Origin: Mobula hypostoma
Taxonomy: Eukaryota
Assembly: GCF_963921235.1 (NCBI RefSeq)
Contig: NC_086097.1
Location: forward strand, 128,342,001-128,406,000
Length of the DNA: 64,000 bases
Direction: 5' to 3'
The notes under the pieces were generated by a model. It searched no databases and was not told where the DNA came from. It worked only from the letters and a program-made list of their open reading frames with translations. This document shows positions 26,391-41,089 of this stretch, piece by piece. The number at the start of each line of letters is the position of its first letter. Within the stretch, counting starts at the first letter, position 1. The position numbers and the translations under genes were made by a program.

Positions 26391-28906
26391 TTGAATGAAC
26401 CTCTTGCGTGATAAGGTGGACTCAGCCTCACAATGTTATAAGACCATAAGACCACAGGAGCAGAATTAGACCATTTGGCTCATTGAGTCTGCTCCACCAT
26501 TTCATCATGGCTGATCCATTTTCCCTCTCAGACCCAGTCTCCTGCCTTCTCCCTCACGCCCTACCAATGATCTTGCACCTTTATTGTTTACCTGCGCTGC
26601 ACTTCTTCAGTGGCTTTTACACTTTATTCTGCATTGCGTTTGTTTTACTTAGTCTATCTCAATACACTGTGGAATGATTTGGTCTGTATAAGGCAGGTGT
26701 TCCACTATATTTTGGTACATGTTACAGTAATATACCAATACAGTGTTTGGTGACGTGCCAAACCTCCTTACTCTCCTAAGAAAGTCATAGCATCAGTGTG
26801 CTTTCCTTGTGATTACACCTACGTGCTGGACCCAAGACAGGTCATCTGATATGTTAACACGCAGGAATTTAAAGCTGCTGACTCTGTTTATCCTGATCCC
26901 CCAGGATAGACTGGTACATGTTTGCCTTCCAACTCATTTCTAACTTACTTTCAGTTATTGCACAGCATAGTAGCATTATAACCTATAACCTATAGGTTTC
27001 TAGCAGCAAGCAAAACAAAACCAGCTGATGTTCAAGGGAGTGCAGGAACCAGCAGCCGTAGTGCACTGGAGTGAGTGTGGAGCCAAGATCCTGCTGAGTT
27101 TCAAGGGATACAGGGACTGGGGATATGATATGTGAAAGGGAGGCACTGGAGTTTTAATGTACGCCAAAGAAGACATGGATGAGAATCTGGATTCGATTCT
27201 GTAAATGGATTTGAAGTTGTTCTCATTACCAAAGCAAAAATAGTAATAATAAACTTTCAGAAGAATTCAGTGGGTCAAACAGCTCCTGAAGGAGGAAAGG
27301 AAATGTTGAAGTTTTGGGTCGAGACTATAATTCGGACTGAGCGTGTCGAGGAGAGCTAGTCGGTATGCGGAAATGAGAAGGATGGGAGAGACAGAGGCTC
27401 CAGGGTAGAATCAGATGGGTAGGGAAATGGTGTTCAGAGGGTGAGGGGAGAGTGTTAAGTCAGAGACTGGTGGGTAAGAAGTTAAAATAGGTAGGGGAAC
27501 AACGTAGATCTCCTCATGTCATCCACTAACTTTGTTCACACTCTTCACACTCTTACAGATTCCGTGTCCTCTCCACAACCTGCTAACCCAATTGTCTTTG
27601 TATCAGGGAAGAAACTCTACATTTCTAATGGTCCTTCAATATAAACAGTTGAGCCCTCCCCGTTGATTCCGATAGTACCCACTTTACTGATTGTCATCTG
27701 GAAAATGATTCATTTATTCTGACACTCTGTTCTCTGTTTTTTAGCTGTTCTCCTATCATTGTCGATATAACATTGTTCACTCCTCTCTTCTCTGAGAGAC
27801 CAAGCTGCAGCACCAGCAGTTCTTAAAACATCAGCACAATAATGCAGCCCACCTCACTGGCACTCCAGCATCAACATAAACATTTACTTCCCTGACCACC
27901 AGTGTACCACAGCATACTGAATGTGCCACCCATGATACGCCCTGATCTTGACCATCTACATTTCAATGTTTATGGAAACATACTAATATGCTCTCGAGTG
28001 CTGATGACTCTGGACATGGTATAAGGGTATCTCAGTCTTGGTGCAGGATTTCAGCCTAAAAATCAGCCCTCTGCCACCACAAATGCTGAACAATATGCTG
28101 AGTTCCTCCAGTAGTCTGTTTTTTGTTCCAGATTCCAGCATCTCAAACTTGCTATAGAGTTCAAACATGAAACGTCAAGTGACATTGATGTACTGTATTG
28201 GAATCTGTTGAATTAATGGTCCAATGAGTGTAGATAATGAATGCCTCAATTATATTTACTGTATGTATTATGAATGAAGGTATATATTTGGCAAAAAGAA
28301 TCCTTCTAATACTGTACCAAGAATACCAGGACAGCAGGAATCCCAACAATCATAATTTTCTCTCCATTACCTACACCATTTCCAGAAAGAAATATATCAG
28401 TATTCCTTCATTATCATTGGGCATAAATCTTGGTAGTCCTTCCTGCCACCATTGTGGGAGAACCTTCACCAAAAGGAGTGCAAAGGTTCAAAAAGACAAC
28501 TCTCTGACACCTCATAAAGGGCAGTGAATTATCAGTAAAGTCCGCGGTTGAATAGAACATAGAACAGGAACAGGCCCTTCAGCCCACAATGTTGTACCAC
28601 ATTAATAATGCTAATGACACCTAACTAAACTGATCCTTTCTTGCCATCATATCCTTAATCTGCGTATTCATGGACTATCTAAGAGCCTTTTACACTTCTT
28701 ACATATTTAGCTCCACTACCACCCCTAGAAGGCCATTCCAGACACCAGTACAGAATAAGTTCAAACAACTAATACTGTTAATTTCATAAGTTTGAGAGGA
28801 TAGTGGGCAGTTTTGTAAAGTTTGCTTTTTCTTTTCTCCACTAGGTGGTAGTGTTACCTTTCTTCAAGGTTTACTGTTTACTGTAGAAACAGTTTATTTC
28901 CGGAGA

Positions 28907-29100
28907 TATGTTGCAGTTCCTGCCTCCACCAATGGGGGCATTGTTCTGCCAATCTGGCTCCTCCACTGGGGGCACTGTGGTGTCACTCCTGCCTCATCTA
29001 GTGGGAACACCGTGCTGCACTTCCCGCCTCTTCCAGTGGAGGCACTGTGCTGCAGTTCCTGCTTCTTCAGATGGGGGCACTGTGCTGCAGTTCCTCCCAC
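28907..29100 (+). repeat. ~35-bp degenerate minisatellite, about 5.5 units
   Basis: Unit consensus tgtgctgcagttcctgcctc(n)ccagtgggggcac repeated in tandem. Confidence 0.85.
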
Positions 29101-30029
29101 TTGTTTGATCCACCTCAAAATGGTTTTATGCATGAATCCAGGTCTCCCAAGATGTTTCTTTCTTCATCCATGCAGTCTCCGTCAAGGATGTGGCTCAAAT
29201 TTAGTTGTGTTTTTGAAGTTCATAGGCTTTGTTTTGGGGATAGAAAGGAGAGACAGGGGTCATATAACGGTTTAAGGACAGGGATGTGTGAGAAATTAGA
29301 GGTCAGGCCTAGTCTAAGCCTCGCTTTGCCTTTAAAGGCCAGCAATGCAGACATGAGACATCTATGGTAAGATGTTGGGCTAGCAGACAAGCATGGACAA
29401 AGCCTGGTGGCCCCCTTTCCAGGGTTAGCCAGTGTTGGTAGGTTCCAGAGTTGGAGTTACTTGTGGGCAGGAGAATTGAGGTCTGATAACCCCTGGGGTT
29501 CAAGGCCTAGTGATTGGGATCACTGGTGACTTCAGTGTTCAAGACCTAGTGCTCAGTGATCAGCAGATCTTGAAGTCAATGGAAGTCAAAGTCCATTGAC
29601 CAGAACTCAAATTTCTGCGAATTTCTGCAAATCTGCTGAGAAAGTCAAAGGCCCAATGTCTGCGAGTACAAGCCCATATCTGCTTTGGGCCGGAGGCTGA
29701 AGCTGGCCTGTTCTCAGGTTGGAGGATTGTGTATGTGCATGGGTAGGAGGAAGGAACAGATCTTGTTTTCCGATAAGATGGTGGTGTGTTCAATTGCAGT
29801 GGCTTCCACGGGTCAACCAGAAGCGGTGCTGTCTTTTATAGATACATTTTTTTTATGATTGCAAGACCCTGCTGGTCATTAAAAATTTAAATTCTGCAGG
29901 TCTACCCAATCAGTGAGCTGCTCATTGGCAGAGAAACTGGAGGAGCTGGATGGTGTAGATCATCCTGCTGCCTGCGTCAGAGAGGCATCAGAGGAAGCAG
30001 TGTGCAGTCTAACAGCAAGTCATTAAGAG

Positions 30030-30706
30030 TCGGTAAGAGTGAGCAATTTCAAATTCCTGGGTGTCAATATCTCTGAAGATCTAACCTGGACCCAACATAT
30101 CGATGCAACTACAAAGAATGCATGACAGCGGCTATATTTCATTAGGAGTTTGAGAAGTTTCGGTATGTCATCTAAAATAAATGCAAATTTCTACAGATGT
30201 ACTGTGGACAGCATTCTAACTGGCTGCATCACCATCTGTTATTTGGGTGGGTGGGGGCTACTGCACAGGTTCAAATTCGTAAACTTAGCCAGCTCCATCA
30301 TGGGCACTAGCCTTCATTGTATCCAGGACATCTTCAAGGAGTGAGGTTTCAAAAAGTCAGCATTCATCATTAAGGACACCCATCAACAAGTTCATGCTTT
30401 GTCCACTTTACTGTCATCAGGAAGGAAGTACAGAAGTGTGAAGGCACACAATCAATGATTCAGGAACAGCTTCTTCCCCTCTGCCATCCAATTTCTGAAT
30501 GGACGCTGAACCCATGAACACTACCTCATGACTTTTTTATTTCTATTTTTGCACTACTTATTTAACTTAACTATTATATATATATATATATATACTTATT
30601 GTGATTCATGTTTTGTCTAATATTATGTATTGCATTGTACTGCTGCCACAAGGTTTACAAATTTCACAACGTATGCTGTTGATATTAAACCAGATTCTGA
30701 TTCTGA
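30030..30706 (+). mobile_element. Rex1/Babar LINE 3' fragment
   Basis: [33 protein letters not shown]; tail ccagattctgattctgat. Confidence 0.85.
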
Positions 30707-32619
30707 TTTGTCTTAGTCGCCTTTATCGTGACCACAAGACCCTGTTGGACATTGTTCATGTGGAATGCAGCAAGTCCAATTCACTGATTTATTGGCAGAC
30801 AGCAGGAGCAAATGGCAGGGGGAGCTGCGTGGCCTTGGTTCTAGCGAGGACTAGGCCTCGAGCTGTGGTGTTGCCTGTTTACAGCTGCCCAGGAGAGAGG
30901 CAGTGGAATTGGTGCACTCCACTGGAGTGCTGGCGGCTGTACGGCATAGTGTCCAAAATGGAGTCGGTGCTACGCCCCGGTGTTCACTCGGCAAAAGACA
31001 AACTGCATTGTGTTCAACTGCAGACTGCCACAACATTCATGGACTCATGGTCTTGGACTATGTATTTTTTGTGTGTGACTGTACTTTACTAATACATTAT
31101 ATGTGCTTGCTACCTTAGATGTGCTATATGTGCCTTGTGCTGTGTGTGACTATTGGTACTGTGTTTTGCAGCTTGACCCCAGGGTAATCCTGCTTCATTT
31201 GGCTGTATTCATGGGTATTCATGTATGGTTGAATGACTATTGAGCTTGACCATGAAAGTAAACTTGTTTTGCTGTTGTTGACTTGTTGCTTGGTGCATTC
31301 TGTTTTGCTGTGCCCTGTGCTGTTCTGCCAAGTACTTGGGGCACGCTATGTTGGCACCGGAATGTGTGGCGCTACTTGTAAGTTTTCCCCAGCACATCCT
31401 TGGGTATGTTGATTGTTAATGGAAATGGCATATTTCACTATATGTCTTGAGGTACATGCGATAAATAAATTTGAATCTTGAGATGGTCCCTTTGTTGCAG
31501 TTGCTGCAACCTCTGTGGACAGTGATATTCAGAGGTTTTTGCTTCATCTAGAAGCAGCCGCTTGCTGCAAAGTAGAATGTCATGGAAATACTCAGCAAGT
31601 CAAGCAGCGACTATGGAGAGAATTTGCTGCTCAGAATGAAGACCTTTCACCAAATCATAGATGTGCAACGTTAACTCTGCTTTCTTCTCTGTGGGTGCTG
31701 ATAGGAAGATCTTTGACCTGAGATTTAACTGTTTCTCTCACCGCAGATGCTGACTGTTCTGCTGAGCTTGGGTGTGTGGCCTAAATTTGGCAGTGGTTCT
31801 AAATTTCCTGGAGGCATTTTTTTGTGTTTGGTTAGGCACACAGGAAAATAACGTTACCATTAGTCTTTCCCTACTACTTGCTACTAAAGATTAATTTGTC
31901 AAGGCTAGTTTCAAACAACATACAGTTAACAGTAATTACAAAATTAAATTACAAAAGGATATGACAGTTTTAGCAAATTGTCAAAACGGTGCCAAGTAAA
32001 TTTCTGTGTAAAAAATTGTCCGATCTTTCCCATAGTACTATCATATTGGAATATTGAACAACAAAAAAATCTGCTGGAGGAATTCAGAGAATTGAGGAGC
32101 ATCTGTGGGAGAATGGAATTGTTAACACTTTGGGATGAAACCCTAAATCAAGATTGCATCAGAGTAGAATATTTCCTATTTGAAGTAAAGCTAGAAGTTG
32201 AGATCTGTATACACCTGGACACAGATCCTTGAAGTGTATTAGACTATTTGAAAAAGTAATCTAAGATGTTGGTGGAAACCTGAACTTTATATCTAGAGCA
32301 GCATCTCCCAAACTTTGGCATGTGGTCTCTTCAGAGCAATGTATGCACTGTAGGTCTCAGGGAGTCACGGAGGTTTTAATATACTATGAAGGTACTTTAC
32401 TTTGAAGGTGCAGAAAACATTATGGAAATGCTGTGTACCAAGTTGTGAGATCTCCCATAGTACCCAGAAATCCCCAGAATAACCTTAACCCCTTAAAGAA
32501 ACAGTTCATGATGTCATCAGGTGTTTTAATGGGGCATGTGCTTGACCAAATGCAAAGGTTAGAAACATTTATTCGGAAAGTTTGGAACCACTGCCCTTGA
32601 GGATTATAGCACAGGAAGT

Positions 32620-34605
32620 TAGGAGGCATGTCACAACAGAGGGACCTGGAAGCATCAGTACACAGTTCGCCTAAAGTAGCTGAGCAAATAGAGAAGCTGT
32701 GAAGAAGGTCTTTAGTACGCTCGCCTTCATTAGTCAGAGCATTGAGTTTAGGAGTAGGGGCATTATGTTGTAGTTACATGTCATTAGTGAGATCACACTT
32801 TGAGTGTTATGTAGTTTTTGTCATCGTGTTATAGGAAAGACATTGTCAAGCTGGAAAAGGCACAGAGAGATTTACACGGAGGCTGACTGGACCAAAATGC
32901 CCAGGTTATAGGGAGAGGTTGGTTATGAGGCGTTTGGATAAGGTGGACAGTCATAGTCTTTCCCCAGGGTTGGTGAGTACTCAGATACAAAATGAAACCG
33001 GAGAGATTTAAAAGAGAACCGAGAGGTAACTTCTTTACACAGGGGGCAGTGAGCGCCTGGAATGAGCTGCCAGAGGAAATGGTCGAGGTGGGCACAACTG
33101 CAATATTTAAGAGGCATTTGGAGAGATAATTAAGGAGAACGGCTTAGAGGGTATTGAAATGCATGCAGCTGCGACTAACAGGGAACAATGTTCCCTCTAA
33201 GTTTTAGTAGTCAGTGTGCGTAAAAACCTTATGTTGTGCGATTTTTTTTCCTGTGACAAAAGTATGTGCGCACTGAATGCACACATAGCACAGTCTATGA
33301 AGGTTTACAAAATATTTGACATAAAACTGCACAAAATAACATACGTATTTAACTCACTCAGTTATTTTTTCTCTCTTCTGTCTTTGGCATTTACCTATTC
33401 TTTGTAAACTCTACCTAGACTAATAGAACTTCCATCCAGTTGTTAGCTTTTGATTCTCACTAACATATCCAAATGACATTCACCTAAACAGTTTCTCAGC
33501 TTGTTTTTGAGTTGATTCATGAGGCTAAAACCTCACTCACAGTCCGCACTAGATGCAAGAAAGGTTCCCCCAATGTCCATCAACTCTGCAAGGTCGCAAA
33601 ACTGTTTATTTTGAAGTACAAATGAGTCCATTTGAGCAAAGTTTGAAATCAGTTTGGATTTAATTTTTTCTTGCATGGAAAATTTGAAATCATTAAACTG
33701 TCTAACTATTACAGTATTTTCAGGCAGAAAATCATGATATTTTAGACATAAGGCATTAACTTGTTCATCACCAAATGTGAAGTCACAATCTGCAATTGCG
33801 GAGAAATCAAAAGCTGACCATTCTTGTACCTCATCTTCAGGAAACCTTTCTTCTAAATGAACACAAAGACTATTTATAAAAGTTAACAGTGAATTTGTAT
33901 CTACTGTGATATTTTCTTCACGTTGTTGGCTTAGCAAAAATTTAACCTTGTCACTGCACGAAACATTGTCTCCCAGATACTGCTTTCTGATCTTGTTAAT
34001 TTTGCCTCGCGCAAAATGAAGTGAATCAATGGGTGTCAGGCCACTCTTTTGCAGAATCTTGCACAATGCAGCCAGTTCATCAAAGACATCACTTAAGACC
34101 TGTAAAGCTACTTTGTATGTGATGTTTATCAATTTCTTGTGACAGTATTTAGCCACAGGGTCATTTGACTGATCTTTTTCAATAAAATCTTAGTAAGCTA
34201 TCTACTGGATTTGAAACAGATCTTTGTAAACTTTACGATATGAACACTGTTCGCCAAAGATGGCTGCCGCTGTGATGCAGCTGTACAAACTGGAACAGGA
34301 AAGGTGAGGTGACGTAAGTTAGTGACGTGCATTGTGGTATTTGAAAAAATGACTGACTAGTTAACAGAAACATTTAGCTAAAAGATCATTTTCAGTAAGT
34401 ATAATTATTAATTACTACATTTTTTAGGTAACTAACCTTTTGTGCGCACATTAATTTCCTTTGTGTGCTGGTTGAAAAACATGTGTGCGCACGCACACGC
34501 GCACAGCTTAGAGGGAACATAGACAGGGAAGATGCTGTGTTTACCATGGACCATTTGAACAAAAGTGCCTGTTTCTATGCTGTGTTACTCCATGACTATG
34601 ACTTT
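32620..34605 (+). mobile_element. Degraded CR1 3' portion interrupted by a hAT element
   Basis: QRDL...LAFISQSIEFRS...RGNFFTQ..WNELPEE remnants up to 33185; CR1 3' UTR resumes after 34530. Confidence 0.7.
33186..34522 (-). mobile_element. Internally deleted hAT DNA transposon with C-terminal transposase fragment (33533..34156)
   Basis: 16-bp TIRs caatgttccctctaag / cttagagggaacatag; exact 8-bp TSD acagggaa (33178-33185, 34523-34530); ORF ends FLASSADCE*GFSLMNQLKNKLRNCL (hAT dimerisation motif). Confidence 0.92.
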
Positions 34606-34944
34606 ACATTTATACAAGGCCCAAGGTAGACTACGTCTGGTGTTCTGTGAACAATCCTGTGTAAAACAGCTTACATTGACCTGGGAGGAAGTGCAGTGTT
34701 GGTTTACAACAATGATAGCCCAGACTCCAGCCATTAAATTATGAGCCAGTTAAGTGGTTACTGGAACTTGAACAATTAAGTGATGACGTAATTGAAGTTT
34801 TCAAGATTTTATGGGGAGCTAATGGGTTTAATAGAAAGAAACTATATCTCCTGTTAGATGAGTCTAGGGTTGGTGGAAGTCAGAAAGTGATGGTCGAATG
34901 TTTCAGAAGTGAAGTTAGGAGTTTTATCCAAAATGCAGAGAGCA

Positions 34945-35150
34945 TCACTGTGGTGCAGTTAGTAGAGGTGCTGCTTACTGTGCTGGAGACCAGGGTTTGA
35001 ACCTGATCATTGATGCTGCTGTCGTGTGCTTCCACTCACATCACAAAAGCTCCTATGTCTCATGGTCTTATAGTCTAAACACGTGCAGGTTAATCGGTTA
35101 CTTGTCCACAGTAGGTTGTCCCTAGTATGTGTCTGAGAGGTAGAATCTGG
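34945..35150 (+). mobile_element. Degenerate V-SINE/HE1-like SINE
   Basis: tggtgcagttagtagag A-box, gggtttgaacc B-box. Confidence 0.5.
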
Positions 35151-37874
35151 GGAGGGTAGAGAGAGCATGAGAAGAACAGAATTCTGTTTCTTAGAATAAC
35201 TTCAAACAAATATTGTCTGTAGTTGCAAAATTCAAGAATGTTTAATGTAATTTCCTGTACACATGTGTAAAGGAGAATGAAATACAGTAATTGTACTGCG
35301 GATCCAATCCAGCACAAAAAACACAAAGAAAAACATATATCATATATTTTTAAATATATAAGATAGCTTGTATAACTAGATGGATTGTACGTCCATAAAA
35401 TTACACTAGGCTATACATGAGGTAAGTGACAGGAAATAATGAAGAAGTGGTTCTGTCAGTGGGTAAGGTTTTTGGTCAGCTTTGGGAAAGTAATGTTTTA
35501 ACCTGTAGAAGCCTATCTGCCATTGGTTCACTGACTTTATAAGTTTCAGTTCCATTGACTTCTGGGCCTAGTTTTACTAATAGTGACGTGGCCTCCTTGT
35601 ATGGTTCCAACTTGAAATTGCTGTGACGTGAAGGGAGGGCATTTGAACAGTGCAAATAGGGAAGGGAAGGAAAGAGAGATCAGCAAAGAATAAAGAAAGA
35701 AAGAGAAATTTTCAAAGAGGTCATGCAAGAATTTGAAGGAACTGAAATCCAGAGCAAGAAACAAAAAAAAAACACAAACTACTGGAAGAAGTCACAGGTC
35801 AAGCCACATCTGTGGAGGGAAACAGACAGACGACAATTCAGGACAAGATGATTCATCAGAGAGGAGTTTATTTCTTTATCCCAGCTTGATTACCATTCTT
35901 TTTTCTTGAAATTCTTAGAATAAATGGAACATTCTTGTGGAAGCTGAACACAAAGAAAGGCAAAGTGAAAGATGAGAGAGAGAAACTTGCTTCTCCTTTT
36001 CCATTCTTGCTTAATATTTCACTAATGAGAATTGCAGTGCCATTAATGAAAATCCTAGCCACAGTGTGCTGGTTCTTGTGTCTGTTCCACTTTTTGGGGG
36101 TCATAAGATGTTTATGTACACCCCAGTGCTCTGTCTGAGGGAACTGACATTTCTTAAAAGGGCACCATCTATGTCCTCATACTGCCAACTACAGAAATCT
36201 GTAGTGAAGTGGAAAGGGGAGAAATCAGCATTGGATGATTCACAGGACTGTATAACTGAAGAATATGAGAAATAAAAAAAATTGATTTTAGTAACCATCA
36301 GATGACCACAAGCTCTCCTTGAAAATAGCTGTGTCACCAGAAAATCTATTGAAACGACTCTGATTCAGAGGTGCATAGTGGCCAAGGTATTTGAATCATA
36401 AATTCGTAGATTTTTACAACACGGAACTGACATTTCAGCCAAGTTAGTTCATGCTAACCAAATTGCTACCTCAGCTAATCCAATTTGCTTGTGCTTGGCA
36501 TTTCACTGGTTACCCTCCCCATGGTTTTCACCTCTGTCCACCCCACCTCTCTCTCTTGATTCCATGCTCAATCTATCTCTCCTATCAGACTCCATCATCT
36601 CCAGCCTCCAACTATCACTTCCCAGCCTCTGTCAGTATCTTCACTCTTCCTTCCTACATCTGCCAGTCACACCTCCTCATTTGGATCACCTATTGCTTAC
36701 CAACGCTAGATCCACCCTTTTCTCTCACCTCCTTATACTGGCTATTCCCCCTCAGTCTTTCAGTCCTCAAAGAGGAAGCATTTTGACCCAAAACATCACT
36801 GCTGATTTCCCTTCCTAGCTGCTGTCTGGTCAGTTGAGTTCTTCCAGCATCTTTAATGTTGCTCCACCTTCCTCTAAACCTTTTCTATCCCTGTACCTGT
36901 CCAAATATCTTTGAAATGTTGCAATTATACCTACCTCTAACACTTCCCCTGGCAGCTCCCTCCATGAACCCAGCACTCCGTGTCAAAAAGTTGTCCTTCG
37001 GATTCTCTTTAAATCTTTCTGCTTTTACCGCCTCTATGTCCTCTAGTTTCAGATTTCTGTACATTGAGTACAGAAACCATGACCACTTACATTATTACCA
37101 CCCCTCATTATTTTATATACCTTTGTAAGGTTACCCCTCATCCTCCTTTGTTCCAGTGAAAACAATCCCAGCTTATGGGAAGTCTCCTTATAGCTTAAGC
37201 CCTCCCGACCTGGTAACATCTGTGTAAACCTGTGGTGACATCACTCCTCCATTGCTTCAAAATCATAACATGCAACCTTTTGCATATACACAAGAGAACA
37301 GATAAGGTCTCAGATTAATATCTCCAAAAGGTGTCCGCCCGAGCAGTACGCTCCTTCCGTTCTGCTTCAATAAATCGAAACTAAGGACCATTGCCCCTTA
37401 TGCTATTAAAATATATTCAGTAACAGATTGATTCCACAGCATTAAAAAAGCTGAGTATTTCCAAATTGTTACATTATCTTTTTAATTAATAATGTATTTT
37501 TTGTAAAGATGCACATGGTAGAGATTTTTTTCAGTTACACTTTTAGCATATTATCAGATTTCAATTTTATTTCCATAGAATAAGATAAACTCACTCGGTT
37601 CTGCAGAATTTCTCAAGGGATCTGAATGAGTCACAACTGTGAAAACCTTGAATGCATCTGTATATCGTTCCTACTGTGCTATTCTTAGTTTGATTTCCAA
37701 GTTTGTCCCAGGGGAGTGCTTTCTGAATTCAAAGTGAGAGTCTAGATATTAAACATGAGTATTATAAATAAATTAGCATCAGCGGCAACCTACAGCAAGG
37801 CTCTCAATGAGATTAGGGAATACCACCTCCCATAATATGACATCTTTTTGCTTGTTTTGCAGTTCTTCAGTACT

Positions 37875-40100
37875 GCTTAAGAACATAATAAATAGGAGCA
37901 GGAATAGACCATCTGGTCGTTTAAGCTTGTTCTGCCATTCTGCAGATCAGAGCTGATGTGATCTTGGCTTGAACTCTACTTTCCTGCCTCTTGCCCATTA
38001 CCCTCGATGCATTCTCCCAACCCCAGTAGACCTGTGTCAGTCCTGAATGTACTTATTCTTTGGGATACAGAATTCCAAAGACTCTCAACTCTCGAAAGGG
38101 AAATTCTTCTCCATCTTATTTTAAATGGGTAGCCCCTAATTTTTTCTTATTCATGTTCTTTAACTGATGTGCACAATCCTAATCCTACCTCAGCAATAAG
38201 CACTATGGGTCATACCCTCTCCTTGCAGCTACCATCAGGCAGGAGGTACAGAGCCTGAATTTCCACACCACCAGGTTCAGAAACGGCTACTTTCTTATAA
38301 CCAACAGGTTCTTGAACTGACGTGCACAGTCCTAATTCTACCTCTATGAACCTCTTGCACCACCATGGAATTGACCTTGTATTTTCTTTTCCACAAGAGT
38401 ATTTGTCTGTTGTCTGAACCTACATGTCTGTGACACTGCTGTAAGCAACTATCCCATTACATTTATATCTCACCAAACTTGACAATAAACTTGATTCGAC
38501 TTGACCTTAAGCTGTCTTCCAGTTCTAGAATCCCCCATGAGAAACACTGTCTCAGAATTTTCCTTGTTGAACCCCCCCACCCCGCCCGAATTATATTTGT
38601 TCAGTAAGGTCACTTCTCAGTCTTTAGAATCCTAATGAATAAAATCTCAGCCTGTTCAATCTTTGCACTTAAGAAAATACCTTCAACCCAGAAGCCAACC
38701 TGTTAAATCTTCTTTGAACTGCCTCTATTGCCTCTTAACTAGTGAGACGAGAGCTACCAGTTATAATCCTGATCTGATCTCACCCATGCAGCCTTTTTTA
38801 GGTTTTTTTCATTTTATTCTCACCAACGAAGGTGAACATTTCATTTGGCTCCCTAATTCTCATTTCTCTATCTGTAATTGATGTATAAAAATACCTCATC
38901 TCTCCCTACCACACCAATCTGTAGTCTTTCCATTTAATCAATATTCTGCTTTCTTAATGTTCCTACCGATGTAAATAACATCCCATTTCTCCGCAATATA
39001 CCTGTCAAATGTTAGTCCACATATTAACTATTTGTACCTCGGCAGCTTTAGTGGTTAATTAATGAATTTGGCAACAATGTCCCAAGTTCCCTTATTAATA
39101 GAGACTGAATATTCAATGTCCCAGTTCTGATTCTTGTGGAAGCAAATGAATTCTAGTCTGTCAACCTAAAAATGTCCCATTTGTACCAACTTGAAGTCTT
39201 CTGCTAGTCAGCCAATCCTCCATATTGCTATTATCTTGTATAGTCAACATTTAATGTGGAATTCATTAAATGCTTTTAGAAATCCAAATATTGAGCATCT
39301 TGAGTCTGCTTATTATTATTACAATTTTCATAATAATAGATTCCAGCATTTTCTTACCAACCGATATCAACCTTTCTCCATCTTTCTCCTTGAATTAGGA
39401 CTTTACACTTGCAGTTTTCTTATCAACTCAGACATTCCTACAATCTAGTGAATGTTGATTGATCACCACTAATACATATATATATATATCTGCAGCTGCT
39501 TCTTCCAGGGAATTATCAATCTTAAATCACCTAACTACTGAACTTTTTCCTTAATGATCATAATTTGTTCTTGCCTTACACTTGTTCTCTGATTTTCTGT
39601 TGTTATTGATAACATTTTTGTGTCTTCCATCATAGATATTAAACACTTTCTCAACATTTCATTATGAATTTCATAAGATCATCCTCTAAGGAACCAAAGT
39701 TAAATTTAACTAATCTTTCCATTGCTTCTCTTGATAAGAAATGCTTTTGCAATGTGATAAATAATATTTGCTAGATTACTTTCATAACCCTTTTCCTTCT
39801 TTCCCACTTTATTGTCCTTTGCTGGTTCCTAATACGTTTACTATCTTCTATTTATAACATTGTATACGTTTTCTTGCAGCACCATGCCATATTTCATTTC
39901 CTCGGTCAGCTTTGAATGTATCTCCTCAGAGTCTTTATCTCTCAGAGGAATATATCTTTGTGGAGAATTATGAAGCATTTCCTTGAACACTTGTCACTGC
40001 TGTCTATCATCTTACCTTTCAATCTGTTTTCGTAATCCACTTCATTTCTTCCTTTGTATCTTTGTGATTGTAGTTACTTAAACTTAATACATTAGTTTTC
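37875..40100 (-). mobile_element. Ancient highly degraded CR1 LINE, with a Rex1-like 3' fragment at ~38150-38500
   Basis: CR1 tail reverse complement taagaacataataaataggagcagga; scattered ORF2 remnants. Confidence 0.5.
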
Positions 40101-41089
40101 CAATGTAAATTTCTTATTCTTAATTCTCATTTCAATTATCATATGATGAAGAATCTAGCACTTAATAATCAAAGGCAAATCTCCAACTATTGATCAGAAA
40201 CCCATTTGGGCCTATCGTATAACTAGGGTTTCTGCAAGAACAGTTATCTTGCGATGAATGAACTACCTCGGCGTCCCAAAACCCTTGCAGTATCTACAAG
40301 ATACTACAGAGATGCAATGAAATACTCTCCAGTTCTCTCATATTCTGAAATTCGAACAACATAAGAGGCTTAGTATCATCAAGGACAAAGCAGCCCCATC
40401 CACCACTCTAAGCGTTCATTTTCTCCACCACCCTTGCATGGTGGCTGTTTTAAGTATCATTCGCAAGATGTACTGCAGTTATTCACCCTTCTCACTGTAA
40501 AAGCACCTCGCAAATGTGTGACTGATGCACAAGGACATGAGACATAGGGGACAATCAAATGCCTGCAAGCTCTATTCATTGTGGATTATCCTGATGTGGA
40601 AATATATCCTTGCTCCATTATTGTAGCTGGGTCTAAATTCCAGGCTGAATGCACAGTTGGAATATCTTCACCAGAGGAACAGGAGTAGATCATATGTTGG
40701 CTCAATCCCACCTCTCAAAGGCAGTTAGGGATGGACAATAAATGCCGTTGTATTAAAAGAAAATTCATCTGGGTCTTGCAAAATGGCAGACTGATGGCCA
40801 AGCAACTAATGCTGCAAGGGTAAATATTACGTGGGAAACCTATTCTGTTTACCATCCCATGACCTATAGGTATTCTTTATATCAATAGGGCAGGTAGGAA
40901 TTCACTGTAATGCTGGAAACTGACAGCTTAAAATCTGCCACAGGAATGTAGCAGGTTTTTAATATGCATCTGAGAACTGAATATATAATCTATTGATTTG
41001 GAGGCAAAAGTGTTACCCAGCAAGATTAAGTACCACCACAACGCCTGACAATTCTTTTCCCTACATACCTGCCCACAGATGATATATAA

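Noticed and set aside
28907..29100. Regularly spaced repeats as a CRISPR array
   Set aside because: Units are contiguous degenerate tandem copies without unique spacers; no cas genes; eukaryotic context.
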